From assembly GCA_000708835.1 (NCBI GenBank), contig DF236951.1, positions 57,877-121,876 of the forward strand: a DNA stretch of 64,000 nt. Reading direction: 5' to 3'. The notes under the pieces are model-generated. The model was not told the origin of the DNA and searched no databases. It saw only the letters and a program-made list of their open reading frames with translations. This document shows, in pieces, positions 63,602 to 64,000 of this stretch (positions are counted from its first letter, which is position 1; each line of letters starts with the position of its first letter). The stretch is from Klebsormidium nitens (Eukaryota > Plantae > Klebsormidiophyceae). Made by a program: the position numbers and the translations under genes.

Positions 63602-64000
63602 CTGGACTTTTTCTTGGGGGACGCCTTTGTTTCCCCCCTTCTTAACTTAACACCCTCCTTCACCTCTTAAAATGTGCGGACAACGAATCGGCGAGTCACC
63701 ACATGAAGTCCGAGATTAATTTGACTCAAGACACCGCCATCTGCGAACAGTATCAAAATAAATTGGCTAAACTTTTAGATGTCAATGATACTATCAACTC
63801 AAAATTGGTATCTCCTGCTGAAATGCTAAAATTGCCGTTTATTCTTCGCCAATCTCTCCAGGACACGATAACAGCTCTCTTCACCCATCAAGTCACGGTG
63901 GCTCTCGCTGACACAATCCCAGTTAAGAAGGTGAGATTTGACAGCAAACCTTATTGGGATGAACAGTTGCGCGATTTACAATCGTTACGTACATCTGCTC
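63602..64000 (+). mobile_element. Degenerate non-LTR retrotransposon (LINE) ORF2 fragment: APE C-terminus and linker; runs off the right edge
   Basis: Open frame 63646-64000 (not in the ORF track because it has no stop) reads ...SHHMKSEINL...EQYQNKLAKLL...ALADTIPVKKVRFDSKPYWDEQLRDLQSLRTSA, like the LINE post-endonuclease A..TIP.K...KPWW...L..L motif. Upstream LDFFL joins this frame if one copy of a CTTAA duplication (63641-50) is removed. More AT-rich than host exons, no introns. Confidence 0.65.

Noticed and set aside
1-64000. tRNA, rRNA, spliceosomal snRNA, CRISPR arrays and prokaryotic operon or defence systems
   Set aside because: None seen. GTTCGA hits lack cloverleaf context, ACTTACCTG hits are reverse-strand splice donors, there are no regularly spaced repeats, and the DNA is eukaryotic and intron-rich.

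Overview
Intron-rich, GC-rich eukaryotic nuclear DNA. It combines plant-type genes (C-terminally anchored TOM20, ACT-domain STY kinase, LCBK1, NTMC2T6) with flagellar genes (I1-alpha-type dynein heavy chain, ARL13). My inference is a flagellated streptophyte alga, Klebsormidium-like. I assembled 11 spliced genes by hand from splice sites and exon phases: dynein heavy chain 5' part (-), TOM20 (-), CIA1 (+), a secreted LRR protein with a TMK-type ectodomain but no kinase (-), LRRC40-like (-), STY kinase (+), LCBK1 (-), NTMC2T6-like SMP-C2 (+), a C4HC3 finger plus tandem UBA-like protein (-), SUV3 (-; one GC-AG intron), an uncharacterised 249-aa protein (+) and ARL13 (-); that is 12 counting the partial dynein. 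Mobile DNA: a 216-bp hAT-type MITE with intact TIRs and 8-bp TSD, and a decayed LINE ORF2 running off the right edge. No rRNA, tRNA or CRISPR was seen. Most ORF-track entries are exon fragments or antisense shadows. The strongest leads are the kinase-less TMK-like ectodomain gene, the zinc finger-UBA-UBA fusion, and the unknown 249-aa gene with a cryptic exon and a 45-bp intronic hairpin. Family assignments come from motif recall, not database searches.
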